Assembly (NCBI GenBank): GCA_027296925.1
Contig: JAPUIP010000901.1
Location: 1 to 38,849 of the forward strand
DNA length: 38,849 nucleotides
Origin: Candidatus Poribacteria bacterium
Lineage (GTDB): Bacteria; Poribacteria; WGA-4E; PCPOR2b
Reading direction: 5' to 3'
The notes beneath the pieces were generated by a model, which saw nothing but the letters and a program-made list of their open reading frames with translations, did no database searches and was not told the DNA's origin. Positions 24,980-35,021 of this stretch are shown here, piece after piece (the first letter of the stretch is position 1; the number at the start of each line of letters is the position of its first letter). A program made the translations under genes and the position numbers.

Positions 24980-27043
24980 ATGGTTGATATGGTAGCGATG
25001 CAGGGAACAAGAGGACAGGAAAGGGGACAGAAAGTGGGAAAATGGGGAAACGAGTCGATTGCTCGCGGGGACGATGCGCTATCACATTTTACCTTTGACG
25101 TTGTACGTTTGAAATGGCTTGTTTACGCGATTGCTTTTTGCATGGTTGTTTCGGTCATTTCAGAAACGCAGGCGGATAGTGTCACGGCACTCCTTGAAGC
25201 GGGGAGGTACCACGAAGCAGCACAATTACTTCAGAAACTTGCGAGCGCTACGAAAGACACTGAACAACTTCGTGAAATCTACTATCAGTTGGGGGATATT
25301 TATTACTCCGATATCCATGAATATCCGAAAGCATTAGCGTTTTATGACAAGATTATTCAGCTGAGCGGCAATGGACTTACCGCGGATGATCGGTTTCTTG
25401 GCTATATTAAGAAAGGCGATGTGTACCGTCGGATGGGAAAATATGATGAGGCGATCCAGGCGTATCAGGGCCTTGTCAATCAATTTCCGCACGTACACTT
25501 TGCCCATAAAACCGGGCTACGAAAGATTCGGAGCGTTCAGACCGCGCTTGATGATTTACGCAATCAGCCCCGCGTAATCAAGACTTACAAAGGAACTCCC
25601 CTTGCGGTTGAGGCCAAATTCCATATCGCCGAACTGTATCGCAGTTATCATCAACTGAATCAACCGGAAAAAGCGATTGAGACCTATGAACAAATCCTAG
25701 AACAACACGGAGATACAAAGCTTGCCGCTCAAGCGCAGTGGCGTATTGGGGACCTGCTTGATAAAGCGTTGAATCAGCCGGAACGCGCAATTGAAGCCTA
25801 TGAGAAAGTTGTGGCTGATTATCCCGAAAGTAATTATGCGGCAGAGGGATTGTTTCGGATTGGGCTCATCTACGAAGGACAGAAGCAATACGCATTCGCG
25901 GTGCAGATTTTCGAGGAACTGACGCAAAAGTATCCGGATTTTTGGAACATGCACGCGGTCTTTTATTGGTCGGGCGTCTGTTATGAAAAATTGCAGAACT
26001 ATCGTCTCGCGATTAATGCATTCAAAACCTTCCTCTATGTCTACCTGCCAAATCTAGATCCGATCTATTTGGGCGCAATCGGCAAATACGATCAGAGTCC
26101 CTCCCAAGTTGAGGACGAATTAAATACCAAAATTCAGCAACTTCAGTCAGATCTTCCTAGAGTGGAATGGGAACGTATAACGAAGCTGGCCGCCGGCGAA
26201 AACTATAGCGACGCGCTACCAGCAGTACGACAGTTGATAATGGATGCCCCTGAGAGTCAATACGCACAGGAGGCGCGGGCGCAATTTCGTTCCATTCAAT
26301 TGCATGCCGCAATTCAGCAATTGCGCGGATCAAACGCCGCAAATACCGCATATGCTCAATTCCGAATTGGCCAAATCTATGAGCGGGAGCTCAAGGATTA
26401 CGAACAGGCAATCGCCGCATATAACCAACCAATCAAGACCCATCCCCAATCGTCTTGGGCGGCTGAAGCCCTGTACCGGAAAAGTGTAATCTACGCAGAA
26501 CATCTTGGAAACACAGAAAAGGCGATCCAGCTTTATCAAACCCTGATTCGGGATTATGCTGCCTCCTCGCAAACGATGATGGCGCATTTCCAGCTTGGCG
26601 AAATCTATCGCGTCCTCCATCGATACGATGAGGCATTGAAAGCCTATCAGACAACGATTGCTTACCCGACACAAGACCAATACCTCGCCGATCGATATCA
26701 GGACAGCTTTGCCGATCAGGCGCAGTTTCGGATCGGACGGGTCCACTATGAAGACCAACGTTATAACGACGCCTTCGCTGCCTTTCAGGAGTTCATCGAA
26801 AGCCGAACCCATTCACCCCGTCTTGCGGCTGCCTATATCTATCTCGCCCATATCAGCCAAAAACGCCGGGATGGTGCAGGGGCATTGGAAGCCTATAACG
26901 ATGCAATGAACTTGGTAAGTGGTAGTCCGATCCAGGCAGGAATGGTGGTTGATGAAGCTCATGATCTCGGCTTTCAAGAAAAAGATTCGACGGCTATTAT
27001 TCGACGCATCAATGAACTCAAGAAAAGAGTCCGTGTGAAGTAG
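24980..27043 (+). CDS. Large membrane-anchored tetratricopeptide-repeat (TPR, YbgF-like repeats) protein
   Basis: Signal-anchor (WLVYAIAFCMVVSVISETQA), then many ~34-aa repeats with A..Y..(I/L)...YP......A.... periodicity. The start could be ATG 24989 or 24998 instead of 24980, because the SD GAGAGG abuts 24980. Confidence 0.72.
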   Translation: MVDMVAMQGTRGQERGQKVGKWGNESIARGDDALSHFTFDVVRLKWLVYAIAFCMVVSVISETQADSVTALLEAGRYHEAAQLLQKLASATKDTEQLREIYYQLGDIYYSDIHEYPKALAFYDKIIQLSGNGLTADDRFLGYIKKGDVYRRMGKYDEAIQAYQGLVNQFPHVHFAHKTGLRKIRSVQTALDDLRNQPRVIKTYKGTPLAVEAKFHIAELYRSYHQLNQPEKAIETYEQILEQHGDTKLAAQAQWRIGDLLDKALNQPERAIEAYEKVVADYPESNYAAEGLFRIGLIYEGQKQYAFAVQIFEELTQKYPDFWNMHAVFYWSGVCYEKLQNYRLAINAFKTFLYVYLPNLDPIYLGAIGKYDQSPSQVEDELNTKIQQLQSDLPRVEWERITKLAAGENYSDALPAVRQLIMDAPESQYAQEARAQFRSIQLHAAIQQLRGSNAANTAYAQFRIGQIYERELKDYEQAIAAYNQPIKTHPQSSWAAEALYRKSVIYAEHLGNTEKAIQLYQTLIRDYAASSQTMMAHFQLGEIYRVLHRYDEALKAYQTTIAYPTQDQYLADRYQDSFADQAQFRIGRVHYEDQRYNDAFAAFQEFIESRTHSPRLAAAYIYLAHISQKRRDGAGALEAYNDAMNLVSGSPIQAGMVVDEAHDLGFQEKDSTAIIRRINELKKRVRVK

Positions 27044-27207
27044 GAAAATCAACGAATCGACAAATCTTGCAAAGCGGAGAACGGAAGCGTTTCGGAAGCG
27101 TGGAATCATTGTATTCGATGTACCCCACCTTACCATCTCATCATAAAATAAAGTCATATCCGTTCCATCAACTCAAGTCCTAATTGATAACCATTGATAT
27201 TTTTCCA

Positions 27208-27236
27208 TTGACAGGATCGTTAATTTGTGATTAAAT
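27208..27236 (+). promoter_or_regulatory. Candidate sigma70 promoter (extended -10) for zwf unit
   Basis: TTGACA (27208-27213), a 17-nt spacer, then TTAAAT (27231-27236) preceded by TGa. The -35 is the third of three direct (CC)ATTGA(T/C)A repeats (27183-27213). Confidence 0.4.
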
Positions 27237-27300
27237 GAAAACGGCTTCGCGGCAATCAGTGATGAATCCGAAAAAGATTACAAGCTGAAAGGAGTATGCG

Positions 27301-27426
27301 GTGTTGCTCGATCGCCGAAGGACCTCGCTGAAAGCTCCGCTGATTGGATTGCAGCATATCAGAATCAGGAGTTTCCGGATAGGCACTAAACGCGACGGTT
27401 GCTACGCCGAGATTTCTTATGAGTGA
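27301..27426 (+). CDS. Speculative 41-codon upstream ORF overlapping the zwf start codon
   Basis: GTG 27301 lies 6 nt after AAAGGAG (27288-27294). It reads [41 protein letters not shown] and stops at TGA 27424-27426, 8 nt into zwf. zwf itself has no visible SD. There is no homology evidence. Confidence 0.2.
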   Translation: MLLDRRRTSLKAPLIGLQHIRIRSFRIGTKRDGCYAEISYE

Positions 27427-28945
27427 AACCATCCAAACGAGTACCGCACGGGTCGCTGATCCGTGTGTAATGATCATCTTCGGTGCTTCTGGGGACTTGA
27501 CAAAACGCAAACTGGTGCCAGCGCTATATAACCTGGTGCGTCACGGGCTGTTAAGCAAAAACTTTGCAGTCGTTGGCTTTGCGCGCCGAGAAATAGACCA
27601 CGATGAGTTTCGTCACCGGATGACAGAGGCAATTCAGGAATTCGGCACGACTGAGTTCGATTCGTCACTCTGGGACCAACTCGAGAGCCGAATTTACTAT
27701 CTGCAGGGAAACCTAGATAGTCTACCGGATTACAGCCGGCTTGCAGAATTGCTCAAGCAGGTAGATGAGGAATGCGGCACGCGGGGAAACTACCTCTACT
27801 ATCTCTCTACGCCACCAAGTTTCTTCGATAAGATTTCGAGTAATCTGGGCGCCGTTGGGCTTGCGAAAAGTGAAGCGGACAGCACATGGCGGCGCATTAT
27901 CGTTGAAAAGCCGTTTGGGCACGACCTGGATTCTGCGATTGAATTAAACCATCGATTGCTCACGGCCTTCGATGAGGAGCAGATCTACCGGATCGATCAT
28001 TATCTGGGGAAAGAGACGGTTCAGAACATCTTGGTCTTTCGCTTTGCTAATGGTATCTTTGAACCCATCTGGGACCGGCGCTATATTGATCATGTGCAAA
28101 TTATGGTTGCTGAGAGCATCGGCATCGAAGGACGCGGCGCGTATTACGAAGAGTCGGGAGTACTGCGCGATATGATTCAGAACCACATGTTCCAGGTGCT
28201 GTCATTGGTGGCGATGGAACCGCCGATCTCTTTCGAGGCAGATGCGGTACGAAATGAGAAGGTCAAAGTGTTGAACGCCATTCGCCCGATGCAACCTGAA
28301 GAGATCATCCGTCACACAGTGCGCGGACAGTACGGCGAAGGCTTGGTGAGTGGCGATCGACTTCCTGGATACCGTGGCGAACCGAATGTTTCCCCCACTT
28401 CGACGCGAGAGACTTATGCAGCACTGCGGCTCTTTGTGGAAAACTGGCGGTGGGCGGGTGTTCCATTCTACCTGAGATCCGGCAAGGCGCTGGCCAAGCG
28501 TGATACACAGGTCATGATCCAGTTCCGCCGCGTGCCGCATCTGCTGTTCCGTGGGAGCGCAGCGGAAGAGCTTGAGGCAAATCGGCTCATCATCCATATC
28601 CAACCGGACGAACTGATTACAATCCGTTTTCAGGCGAAAGTACCAGGCCCAGCCGTCCATTTAACCCCGGTGAATATGGAATTTCGATATAAAGACCTCG
28701 CGGAGAGTAGCCCCGCGACTGGATATGAAACCTTACTCTACGACTGCATGAATGGCGATTCCACACAGTTCCATCGGGCGGACATGGTTGAGGCCGCATG
28801 GGAGATTGCGACCCCGATTCTGGATGTCTGGGAAGCCTTACGCCCCCGTGATTTTCCAAACTATGCAGCAGGGACATGGGGGCCTCGCAGTGCTGATGCC
28901 CTGATTGAAGGAGATGGACGTAGCTGGCTTAATCCTAGCCTCTGA
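27419..28945 (+). CDS. zwf: Glucose-6-phosphate 1-dehydrogenase
   Basis: [27 protein letters not shown] and [20 protein letters not shown] signatures. The 508-aa length is typical. Confidence 0.92.
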   Translation: MSETIQTSTARVADPCVMIIFGASGDLTKRKLVPALYNLVRHGLLSKNFAVVGFARREIDHDEFRHRMTEAIQEFGTTEFDSSLWDQLESRIYYLQGNLDSLPDYSRLAELLKQVDEECGTRGNYLYYLSTPPSFFDKISSNLGAVGLAKSEADSTWRRIIVEKPFGHDLDSAIELNHRLLTAFDEEQIYRIDHYLGKETVQNILVFRFANGIFEPIWDRRYIDHVQIMVAESIGIEGRGAYYEESGVLRDMIQNHMFQVLSLVAMEPPISFEADAVRNEKVKVLNAIRPMQPEEIIRHTVRGQYGEGLVSGDRLPGYRGEPNVSPTSTRETYAALRLFVENWRWAGVPFYLRSGKALAKRDTQVMIQFRRVPHLLFRGSAAEELEANRLIIHIQPDELITIRFQAKVPGPAVHLTPVNMEFRYKDLAESSPATGYETLLYDCMNGDSTQFHRADMVEAAWEIATPILDVWEALRPRDFPNYAAGTWGPRSADALIEGDGRSWLNPSL

Positions 28946-29054
28946 GCCCTCCCCCCAATCGAACAGAGCAAATGATGAAATATGTGCCGTGAAGGCGTAC
29001 TGCGTGGGTGGCAATTTCGTCATTGATCAATCGGAGACCAACGGAAATCTATCT

Positions 29055-31754
29055 ATGTCAAACGAAAAAGAAACACAAGAATCAACGCAGGAACCGCAAG
29101 GCCTACATGAGCCATCCACAGATTCGATGTCACAATGGCGCAAGTGGGGCCCCTACGTCAGTGAGCGATCATGGGGAACTGTGCGGGAGGATTATAGTTC
29201 TGACGGGGCAGCGTGGGATTTTCTGCCGCACGACCTCGCGCGTTCAAAAGCTTACCGCTGGGGCGAGGATGGATTGGCGGGGTGGTGTGATCGCTACCAA
29301 ATTCTTGTCTTTGCGCTTGCCCTTTGGAACGGCCGCGACCCGATCCTGAAAGAGCGCCTGTTCGGACTGACCCCCAATGAAGCCAATCACGGTGAGGATG
29401 TCAAGGAGTATTATTTTTACCTCGATGGGACGCCGGACCACGCCTACATGAAATACCTCTACAAGTATCCGCAGGCTGAATATCCCTACGCCAAACTGAT
29501 CGAGGAGAATCGCCAGCGCGGAGGCACAGACCCAGAATATGAACTACTCGACACCGGGATTTTTGACGAAGACCGTTACTTTGATGTGTTCGTCGAATAT
29601 GCAAAAGCCAATCCCGAAGACACCTGTGTCCGCATTGAGGTGTTCAACCGGGGACCTGAGGACGCCCCCATCCACATCCTGCCGCATCTGTGGTTCCGCA
29701 ATACGTGGGCGTGGGGGCCGGAGCCGAAATCTGAACCGTCCATTTCCGTCGGACCGAGCGACGCCGACTATGTTAGCGTCATGGCCGATGATGCCGACGC
29801 GCCTCCGCTAACCAGTCTGCCATTCGAGTATCGGCTTGGCAAACGCTATCTTTACGGTCAAAGGGGTGCACAGCCGCTTTTCACCAGCAATGAAACCCAT
29901 GCGGAACGTGTATTCGGCCCATCGATGCAGAGTCGCACACCTCATGTGAAGGATGCTTTTCACCGTCACATTATCAACGGCGAGGATTGCGTCAATCCCG
30001 ATCGGGTCGGCACAAAAGCCTGCCTGCATTATGCCAACCTCAACGTACCCGCAGGCGAATCGGTCGTTATTCGCCTGCGCTTGACGGACGCCCTGTCGGA
30101 AGATCCGGTTGCAGAGGTCGATGGAATTGTCGCAAAACAGCGTGCTAAGGCCGATGAATTCTACAAATCGATACATCCCCCCAAAGCAACCGAAGACGAG
30201 TGTCGCATTCAGCGACAAGCATTTGCGGGAATGCTCTGGACTAAGCAGATTTACCTCTTCGACGTGCGCGCTTGGCTTGAGGGCGACAACGAGAATTGGC
30301 CCCCGCCGGAGTCACACAGTACCATCCGTAATGTTCACTGGCGTCACCTCAACTCGATGCGCATCCTCTCGATGCCTGATAAATGGGAGTACCCGTGGTT
30401 TGCGGCGTGGGATCTCGCATTTCATGCCATCACGCTGGTGCTGATCGATCCGGAGTTTGCCAAGCAGCAACTCTGGCTGATGCTATTTGAGCAATTCCAG
30501 CATCCAAGCGGACAGATTCCGGCTTACGAATGGGAGTTTTCCGATCTCAATCCACCGGTGCATGCGTGGGCAGTCTGGCGCGTTTACAACATGGATCGTG
30601 TTCGCTCCGGCAAAGCGGATCGGCTGTTTCTGGAGCGTTGCTTTCACAAATTGCTTATCAACTTTACGTGGTGGGTCAATAAAGTGGACAGCGAGGGAAA
30701 CAACGTCTTTGAGGGAGGATTTCTTGGCCTGGACAATATTACTGTGATTGACCGAAGCCACGAGATACCGGGCGGCGCGACGTTGGAACAGTCTGATGCG
30801 ACCGGGTGGATGGGGATGTTTTGCCAAAACATGATGCGCATCGCACTTGAACTGGCAAAAGAGAATCCCGCCTATGAATCACTCGCTACGAAGTTCCTGG
30901 AACACTATGTCTACATCGGTGCTGCGATGAAGCAGATGGGAGACCGCAACTATCAACTGTGGGACGAAGCCGACGGCTTCTTCTACGATGTCCTGCGATA
31001 CCCAAATGGCGACTTCCACAAGTTTCGGGTGCGCTCTCTGGTTGGGCTGATCCCGCTCTACGCAATTGAACGACTGGAGGAGAACTGGATTGAGCCCTTT
31101 GAAGTGTTCCGCGCCGATTTGCACTGGCTCCTTGATAATCGACAAGATCTCGTCCAGCAGGGCGTAACTACCCTTGAACATGACAATGAAATCGTACACG
31201 TCCTCGCTATCATAAATCCGGAACAGATGCATGGGCTACTCAACTACCTGTGGGATACGAATGAATTCCGCTCCGACTATGGATTGCGCAGCCTGTCAAA
31301 ATATCATGAGAAGCAGCCATTCGTCTTTGGCGATAATGTCGTGCGCTACGAACCCGCAGAATCTTTCGAAATGCTTAAGGGTGGTAATTCCAACTGGCGC
31401 GGCCCTGTGTGGTTCCCCACGAGCTTTCTGATGATTGAATCGATTCGCAAATTGGGCAAAGCCTATGGCAGTGCCTTTACTATTGAAGGCGCCGCGGATG
31501 GTGGAAAGCCAGTATCACTTGACGAACTGGCGCGAGGCTTTGCAAATTCCCTCATTCGCCTATTTACCCGCGATGCTTCGGGTAGACGTCCAATCTACGG
31601 GGACATTCAGAAATTTCAAGAAGATCCGCATTGGCGTGATTATATCCTCTTTTATGAATATTTTCATGGCGATACCGGCAAAGGACTTGGTGCATCGCAT
31701 CAGACCGGCTGGACGGGATTGGTCGCCAATCTCATTGACGAGTGGCGGCGCTGA
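29055..31754 (+). CDS. Large GH63-like (MGH1-like) glucosidase family protein
   Basis: [76 protein letters not shown] and C-terminal (alpha/alpha)6-type segments ([36 protein letters not shown]). These match the ~900-aa bacterial protein usually annotated as 'glucosidase'. The start is taken as ATG 29055 rather than the in-zwf extension at 28905. Confidence 0.8.
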   Translation: MSNEKETQESTQEPQGLHEPSTDSMSQWRKWGPYVSERSWGTVREDYSSDGAAWDFLPHDLARSKAYRWGEDGLAGWCDRYQILVFALALWNGRDPILKERLFGLTPNEANHGEDVKEYYFYLDGTPDHAYMKYLYKYPQAEYPYAKLIEENRQRGGTDPEYELLDTGIFDEDRYFDVFVEYAKANPEDTCVRIEVFNRGPEDAPIHILPHLWFRNTWAWGPEPKSEPSISVGPSDADYVSVMADDADAPPLTSLPFEYRLGKRYLYGQRGAQPLFTSNETHAERVFGPSMQSRTPHVKDAFHRHIINGEDCVNPDRVGTKACLHYANLNVPAGESVVIRLRLTDALSEDPVAEVDGIVAKQRAKADEFYKSIHPPKATEDECRIQRQAFAGMLWTKQIYLFDVRAWLEGDNENWPPPESHSTIRNVHWRHLNSMRILSMPDKWEYPWFAAWDLAFHAITLVLIDPEFAKQQLWLMLFEQFQHPSGQIPAYEWEFSDLNPPVHAWAVWRVYNMDRVRSGKADRLFLERCFHKLLINFTWWVNKVDSEGNNVFEGGFLGLDNITVIDRSHEIPGGATLEQSDATGWMGMFCQNMMRIALELAKENPAYESLATKFLEHYVYIGAAMKQMGDRNYQLWDEADGFFYDVLRYPNGDFHKFRVRSLVGLIPLYAIERLEENWIEPFEVFRADLHWLLDNRQDLVQQGVTTLEHDNEIVHVLAIINPEQMHGLLNYLWDTNEFRSDYGLRSLSKYHEKQPFVFGDNVVRYEPAESFEMLKGGNSNWRGPVWFPTSFLMIESIRKLGKAYGSAFTIEGAADGGKPVSLDELARGFANSLIRLFTRDASGRRPIYGDIQKFQEDPHWRDYILFYEYFHGDTGKGLGASHQTGWTGLVANLIDEWRR

Positions 31755-31911
31755 TAGCCCAGACGATTGCCGTTTCGTTTATCGCTATCAGTAAAAGTGT
31801 GAATGAAAGGAAACGAGTCCATGACTTCATCAGGTATTCATTGGCTTACAAGCAGGCACGACGCATTCTGTTTCATTCACAAATTCCTAATGCACCCAAA
31901 GGAGAAAATTC

Positions 31912-32625
31912 ATGGCAACAACTAAAAAAAAGACCGCTGCCAAAACCTTGACAGTTGACATCGGAGGCAGTGGCGTTAAGGTAATGGTCTTGGACGAAAA
32001 AGGAAATTCCGTGACAGAGCGTGCGCGTGTTCCAACGCCGCAGCCTGCGAAGCCAGACGCTGTTCTCGCGGCAATCGTCAAGTTAGCCAAAGGGCAGGGG
32101 GATTTTGACCGCGTATCGGTGGGCTTTCCTGGCGTGGTACGCCGAGGCGTAACGGAAACAGCGGCGAACCTGAATGCCGATTGGATCGGTTTTGATCTGG
32201 CAAAAGCCTTGTCCCAAAGCCTCGGCAAGCCGGTGCGTGTTGCCAATGATGCTGACATCCAGGGGTTCGGTGCGATTTCTGGCCGCGGTGTCGAATTGGT
32301 TGTCACACTCGGTACCGGCTTCGGATCGGCACTGTTTGTCGATGGCAGACTGGTGCCAAACCTAGAAGCCGCCCACCATCAATTCCGTCGCAACCAGACC
32401 TACGAACAGCGGTTGGGGCGTGCCGCTCTGGATAAAGCCGGAAAAAAGAAGTGGAATCGGCGTCTGACAAAGGCGATTGCGGCGCTGCAGTACCTGTTCA
32501 ACTACGATACGCTTTACATCGGCGGCGGCAATGCCAAGAAGATTAACATCGATCTTCCGCCCAACGTCAAAACCGTTCCCAACGTGGCCGGCTTATTGGG
32601 CGGCATTGCTCTGTGGCGCGATTAG
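31912..32625 (+). CDS. ppgK: Polyphosphate/ATP glucokinase (ROK family, PpgK-like)
   Basis: VDIGGSGVK, PTPQPAKP, FPGVVRRGVTETAANL...WIG, ANDADIQG and TLGTGFGSAL align closely, from memory, with mycobacterial PpgK. SD AAAGGAG upstream. Confidence 0.82.
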   Translation: MATTKKKTAAKTLTVDIGGSGVKVMVLDEKGNSVTERARVPTPQPAKPDAVLAAIVKLAKGQGDFDRVSVGFPGVVRRGVTETAANLNADWIGFDLAKALSQSLGKPVRVANDADIQGFGAISGRGVELVVTLGTGFGSALFVDGRLVPNLEAAHHQFRRNQTYEQRLGRAALDKAGKKKWNRRLTKAIAALQYLFNYDTLYIGGGNAKKINIDLPPNVKTVPNVAGLLGGIALWRD

Positions 32626-32800
32626 GACTGTATAAGGAATAGGGTTCGGCTGTAGCACCTTTGACACGGTCTTGTGCCACCGTTGCTACATGTGACCCGG
32701 TGTCATTTTCCCTGTTCCTATCAGATTCGGGTTATTTCGTGGATTAATTCCGGCATCTAAATTGCGATGAACATCGTTATCTACTTAATGTAATTAAGAA

Positions 32801-32828
32801 TGGCAAGATTACTGCAACATGATAAAAT
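32801..32828 (+). promoter_or_regulatory. Candidate extended -10 promoter for the small ORF 32862-33098
   Basis: TGaTAAAAT (32820-32828) with a weak -35 TGGCAA (32801-32806) in an AT-rich gap. Confidence 0.3.
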
Positions 32829-32861
32829 CGATAATTTCCATTCCTTATAGGAGGCATAACG

Positions 32862-33098
32862 ATGTGTCGTTTTCAATTATACCAAAAAACGCTCGCCGGC
32901 AAATCCCCGAATTATCGAGAAGATCTGATTAAAACGCTTCGAGGGTGCCGTCACGATAATTCTCTCTCTCGACTGGAAGCAGCCAGATCTACGCTGTTCA
33001 ACTTGAAAACAAAATTAGACCACGAACAGGTGCCGGATCTCCGTGCCGCGATTAAACAAGCCATTGATCAATTGGAAGCGACACCGAAGTTATCCTAG
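32862..33098 (+). CDS. Small (78 aa) predicted helical protein, unknown function
   Basis: Strong SD TAGGAGG lies 7 nt upstream of the ATG, and a good intrinsic terminator lies 19 nt after the stop. I recognise no family. Confidence 0.45.
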   Translation: MCRFQLYQKTLAGKSPNYREDLIKTLRGCRHDNSLSRLEAARSTLFNLKTKLDHEQVPDLRAAIKQAIDQLEATPKLS

Positions 33099-33116
33099 AC
33101 ATCAGATTCACTTGAA

Positions 33117-33147
33117 GGCATCACACATTATCGTGTGGTGCCTTTTT
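33117..33147 (+). terminator. Rho-independent terminator
   Basis: GGCATCACAC (33117-33126) pairs with GTGTGGTGCC (33133-33142). This gives 10 bp with one G-U, a 6-nt loop, then TTTTT (33143-33147). Confidence 0.62.
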
Positions 33148-33245
33148 GGGGTTCCTCCGCTTAACATTGGCCATTTCAATGTGGCAGGATTGTCCCGAGC
33201 GGAAGCGGGGGTGGGCCAGTCCCCAAACTCAGAAAGGAGATCAGA

Positions 33246-33656
33246 ATGGCTATTTTTTTACATACGCGCGTTCGAGTCAGTGATCTGGATCGATCAGTCA
33301 AATGGTATTGCGATCATTTAGGCTTTGTAGTAAAAAGTCGAAGCGATCGATCTCCGGCAGGCAACCAGATTGTCCATCTGGAACTGCCAGGGAACGTCAC
33401 TACGCTAGAGTTGACCTACTCGCCCGACTACGAGCTGGATGTTCCTGAAGATCTGATGCACTTCGCCATTGGCGTGACAGATCTCGTCGCTTGCTGCGAC
33501 AAACTGGAGAAAGCGGGACTTGAAATCTGGCCCGACGGCTGGCGAGAGCAATTCACATCGGGCGGCATGAAGATGGCTTTCATTACCGATCCAGATGGCT
33601 ACGAAGTGGAATTGCTGGAAGATATTGACGAGATTCTGAAGGGGCTGAGCGCATAA
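33246..33656 (+). CDS. VOC-superfamily protein (glyoxalase I / lactoylglutathione lyase-like)
   Basis: LHTRVRVSDLDRSVKWY...LGF, LELTY, HFAIGV and AFITDPDGYEVELLE are the typical paired beta-alpha-beta-beta-beta glyoxalase pattern. SD AAAGGAG. Confidence 0.78.
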   Translation: MAIFLHTRVRVSDLDRSVKWYCDHLGFVVKSRSDRSPAGNQIVHLELPGNVTTLELTYSPDYELDVPEDLMHFAIGVTDLVACCDKLEKAGLEIWPDGWREQFTSGGMKMAFITDPDGYEVELLEDIDEILKGLSA

Positions 33657-33665
33657 GCCCATCAT

Positions 33666-34691
33666 TTACTTCAGAATGAAGTCCTCCATCCGCAGGGAGT
33701 ACCCGCGAATCTGGCCATTGGGCGCGTCATCGACGATGTAGTTGACGATATAGATCTCGCCATCCTCGAACTGCACCCAGCCGGAGTAGCCGAGGTCGCT
33801 CACCGGAGAGCGGTCGAAGTCGATAGGCAAGATGCGCGTCTGAGCGTCTTGGTAGCTGCCAGCCAACGTCGAATCCCTATCCGTAAGGGCCGCGAAGAAA
33901 TTCTGCGTGCGGGTTCCCCATCCCCCTTTGCCGCCCTGAATGAAGCGATAGGTAATCAGGATGTGTCCGTCCTGCAGAAATCCAGAAACGGGCCGGTGGC
34001 AACCGGGTAGTGGAAACGGAATCAGATCGCCCCAGCTTTCGCCGCAATCGGAAGAAATCGCTTTGTAGCACGGCCAGCCCATCCCCGAGTTTTCGCGAAA
34101 GAAGGCGACCAACTTCGCCTCAACCGGTAGGATCGAGACCTCGCAGAGATTTAACCCTTCCTTTTTGCCGACGATCACCGGATCACTCCAGGTCGCACCT
34201 TGATCATCCGAGTACCATAGCCGCTGCACGAGGTAGCCAAATCCTTCCCCCTTCTCATGACACGATACTATCCACCGGTCATTGTCGAGTTCGAGCAGTT
34301 TATCAGGGACGATACCCTGCGCAGGTGTCTCAACCGGACGCCCCCATGTCATGCCTTCGTCTTCACTGAAAAATAGATAGTTACGACCACCACGTTCTCC
34401 CTTGCCAAAGATTCTGTCAGCGATTGCGGCCAGCCGCCCGTCCTTGAGCATCATGATGCGGGCAGAGTTCCAATACGGCAACCCTTTTGTCCCTTCAGTC
34501 AAGGGACGCTTCTTGCTCCACGTCCGACCTCGGTCAATGGAATCGGTCAACATGATACGCGTGTACGAGCGATCCCCGTGGTGGGTACACTCAGAGAAGA
34601 TGCAGATCAGCTTGCCGGATGGCGTCAGAGTCACGTCCGGCCAGGCTTCGTAAATATTGTCGTCACGGCTAACAGTGAATTTCTCGATCAT
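33666..34691 (-). CDS. BNR/Asp-box repeat beta-propeller protein (sialidase-like fold), no signal peptide
   Basis: Four Asp-boxes: SIDRGRTW, SEDEGMTW, SDDQGATW, SSDCGESW. ATG 34691 is preceded by AAGGGAG; the track start 34739 is an extension. Confidence 0.78.
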   Translation of the reverse strand: MIEKFTVSRDDNIYEAWPDVTLTPSGKLICIFSECTHHGDRSYTRIMLTDSIDRGRTWSKKRPLTEGTKGLPYWNSARIMMLKDGRLAAIADRIFGKGERGGRNYLFFSEDEGMTWGRPVETPAQGIVPDKLLELDNDRWIVSCHEKGEGFGYLVQRLWYSDDQGATWSDPVIVGKKEGLNLCEVSILPVEAKLVAFFRENSGMGWPCYKAISSDCGESWGDLIPFPLPGCHRPVSGFLQDGHILITYRFIQGGKGGWGTRTQNFFAALTDRDSTLAGSYQDAQTRILPIDFDRSPVSDLGYSGWVQFEDGEIYIVNYIVDDAPNGQIRGYSLRMEDFILK

Positions 34692-34732
34692 TATTCGACT
34701 CCCTTTCTGTGTGGAACTGATTCGTTCCCATG

Positions 34733-34744
34733 TTGACATGTCAA
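34733..34744. promoter_or_regulatory. Perfect 12-bp palindrome TTGACATGTCAA in a divergent promoter region (candidate operator)
   Basis: Palindrome at 34733-34744. The half-site-containing 10-mer CATGTCAAGA recurs at 34819-34828. Confidence 0.3.
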
Positions 34745-35021
34745 GAACTTCAACTATTTTTCTGTTGCACGAAGATTCAATACAGGTTAAAATAAGCCGC
34801 CGATGGTTTCAAAAACGGAATAGCGGAGCATGTCAAGACCTCATGTCGCCCGGTGCTGACATATTAGGCAAAGAAATTGAGAATTGAAAATTGAAGATTC
34901 ATTCAATCGTCAATAGAAAATATTCAATGCTCCTTGAGCGTCTCCCACGATGTGAATCGGTGAGATTGGATTCGGATGACAGCGACTTGCTACCGGCGCC
35001 TTGTTCAGAGGTGTTCTATCC

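Noticed and set aside
24555-25085. 176-aa antisense ORF, and similar antisense or alternative-frame ORFs at 650-1102, 6182-6634, 11287-11793, 14009-14491, 26330-26812, 28202-28660 and 29808-30218
   Set aside because: All lie wholly within, and antisense or out of frame to, genes with clear family motifs. Their translations are Arg/Pro/Ser-rich with no recognisable motifs or SDs.
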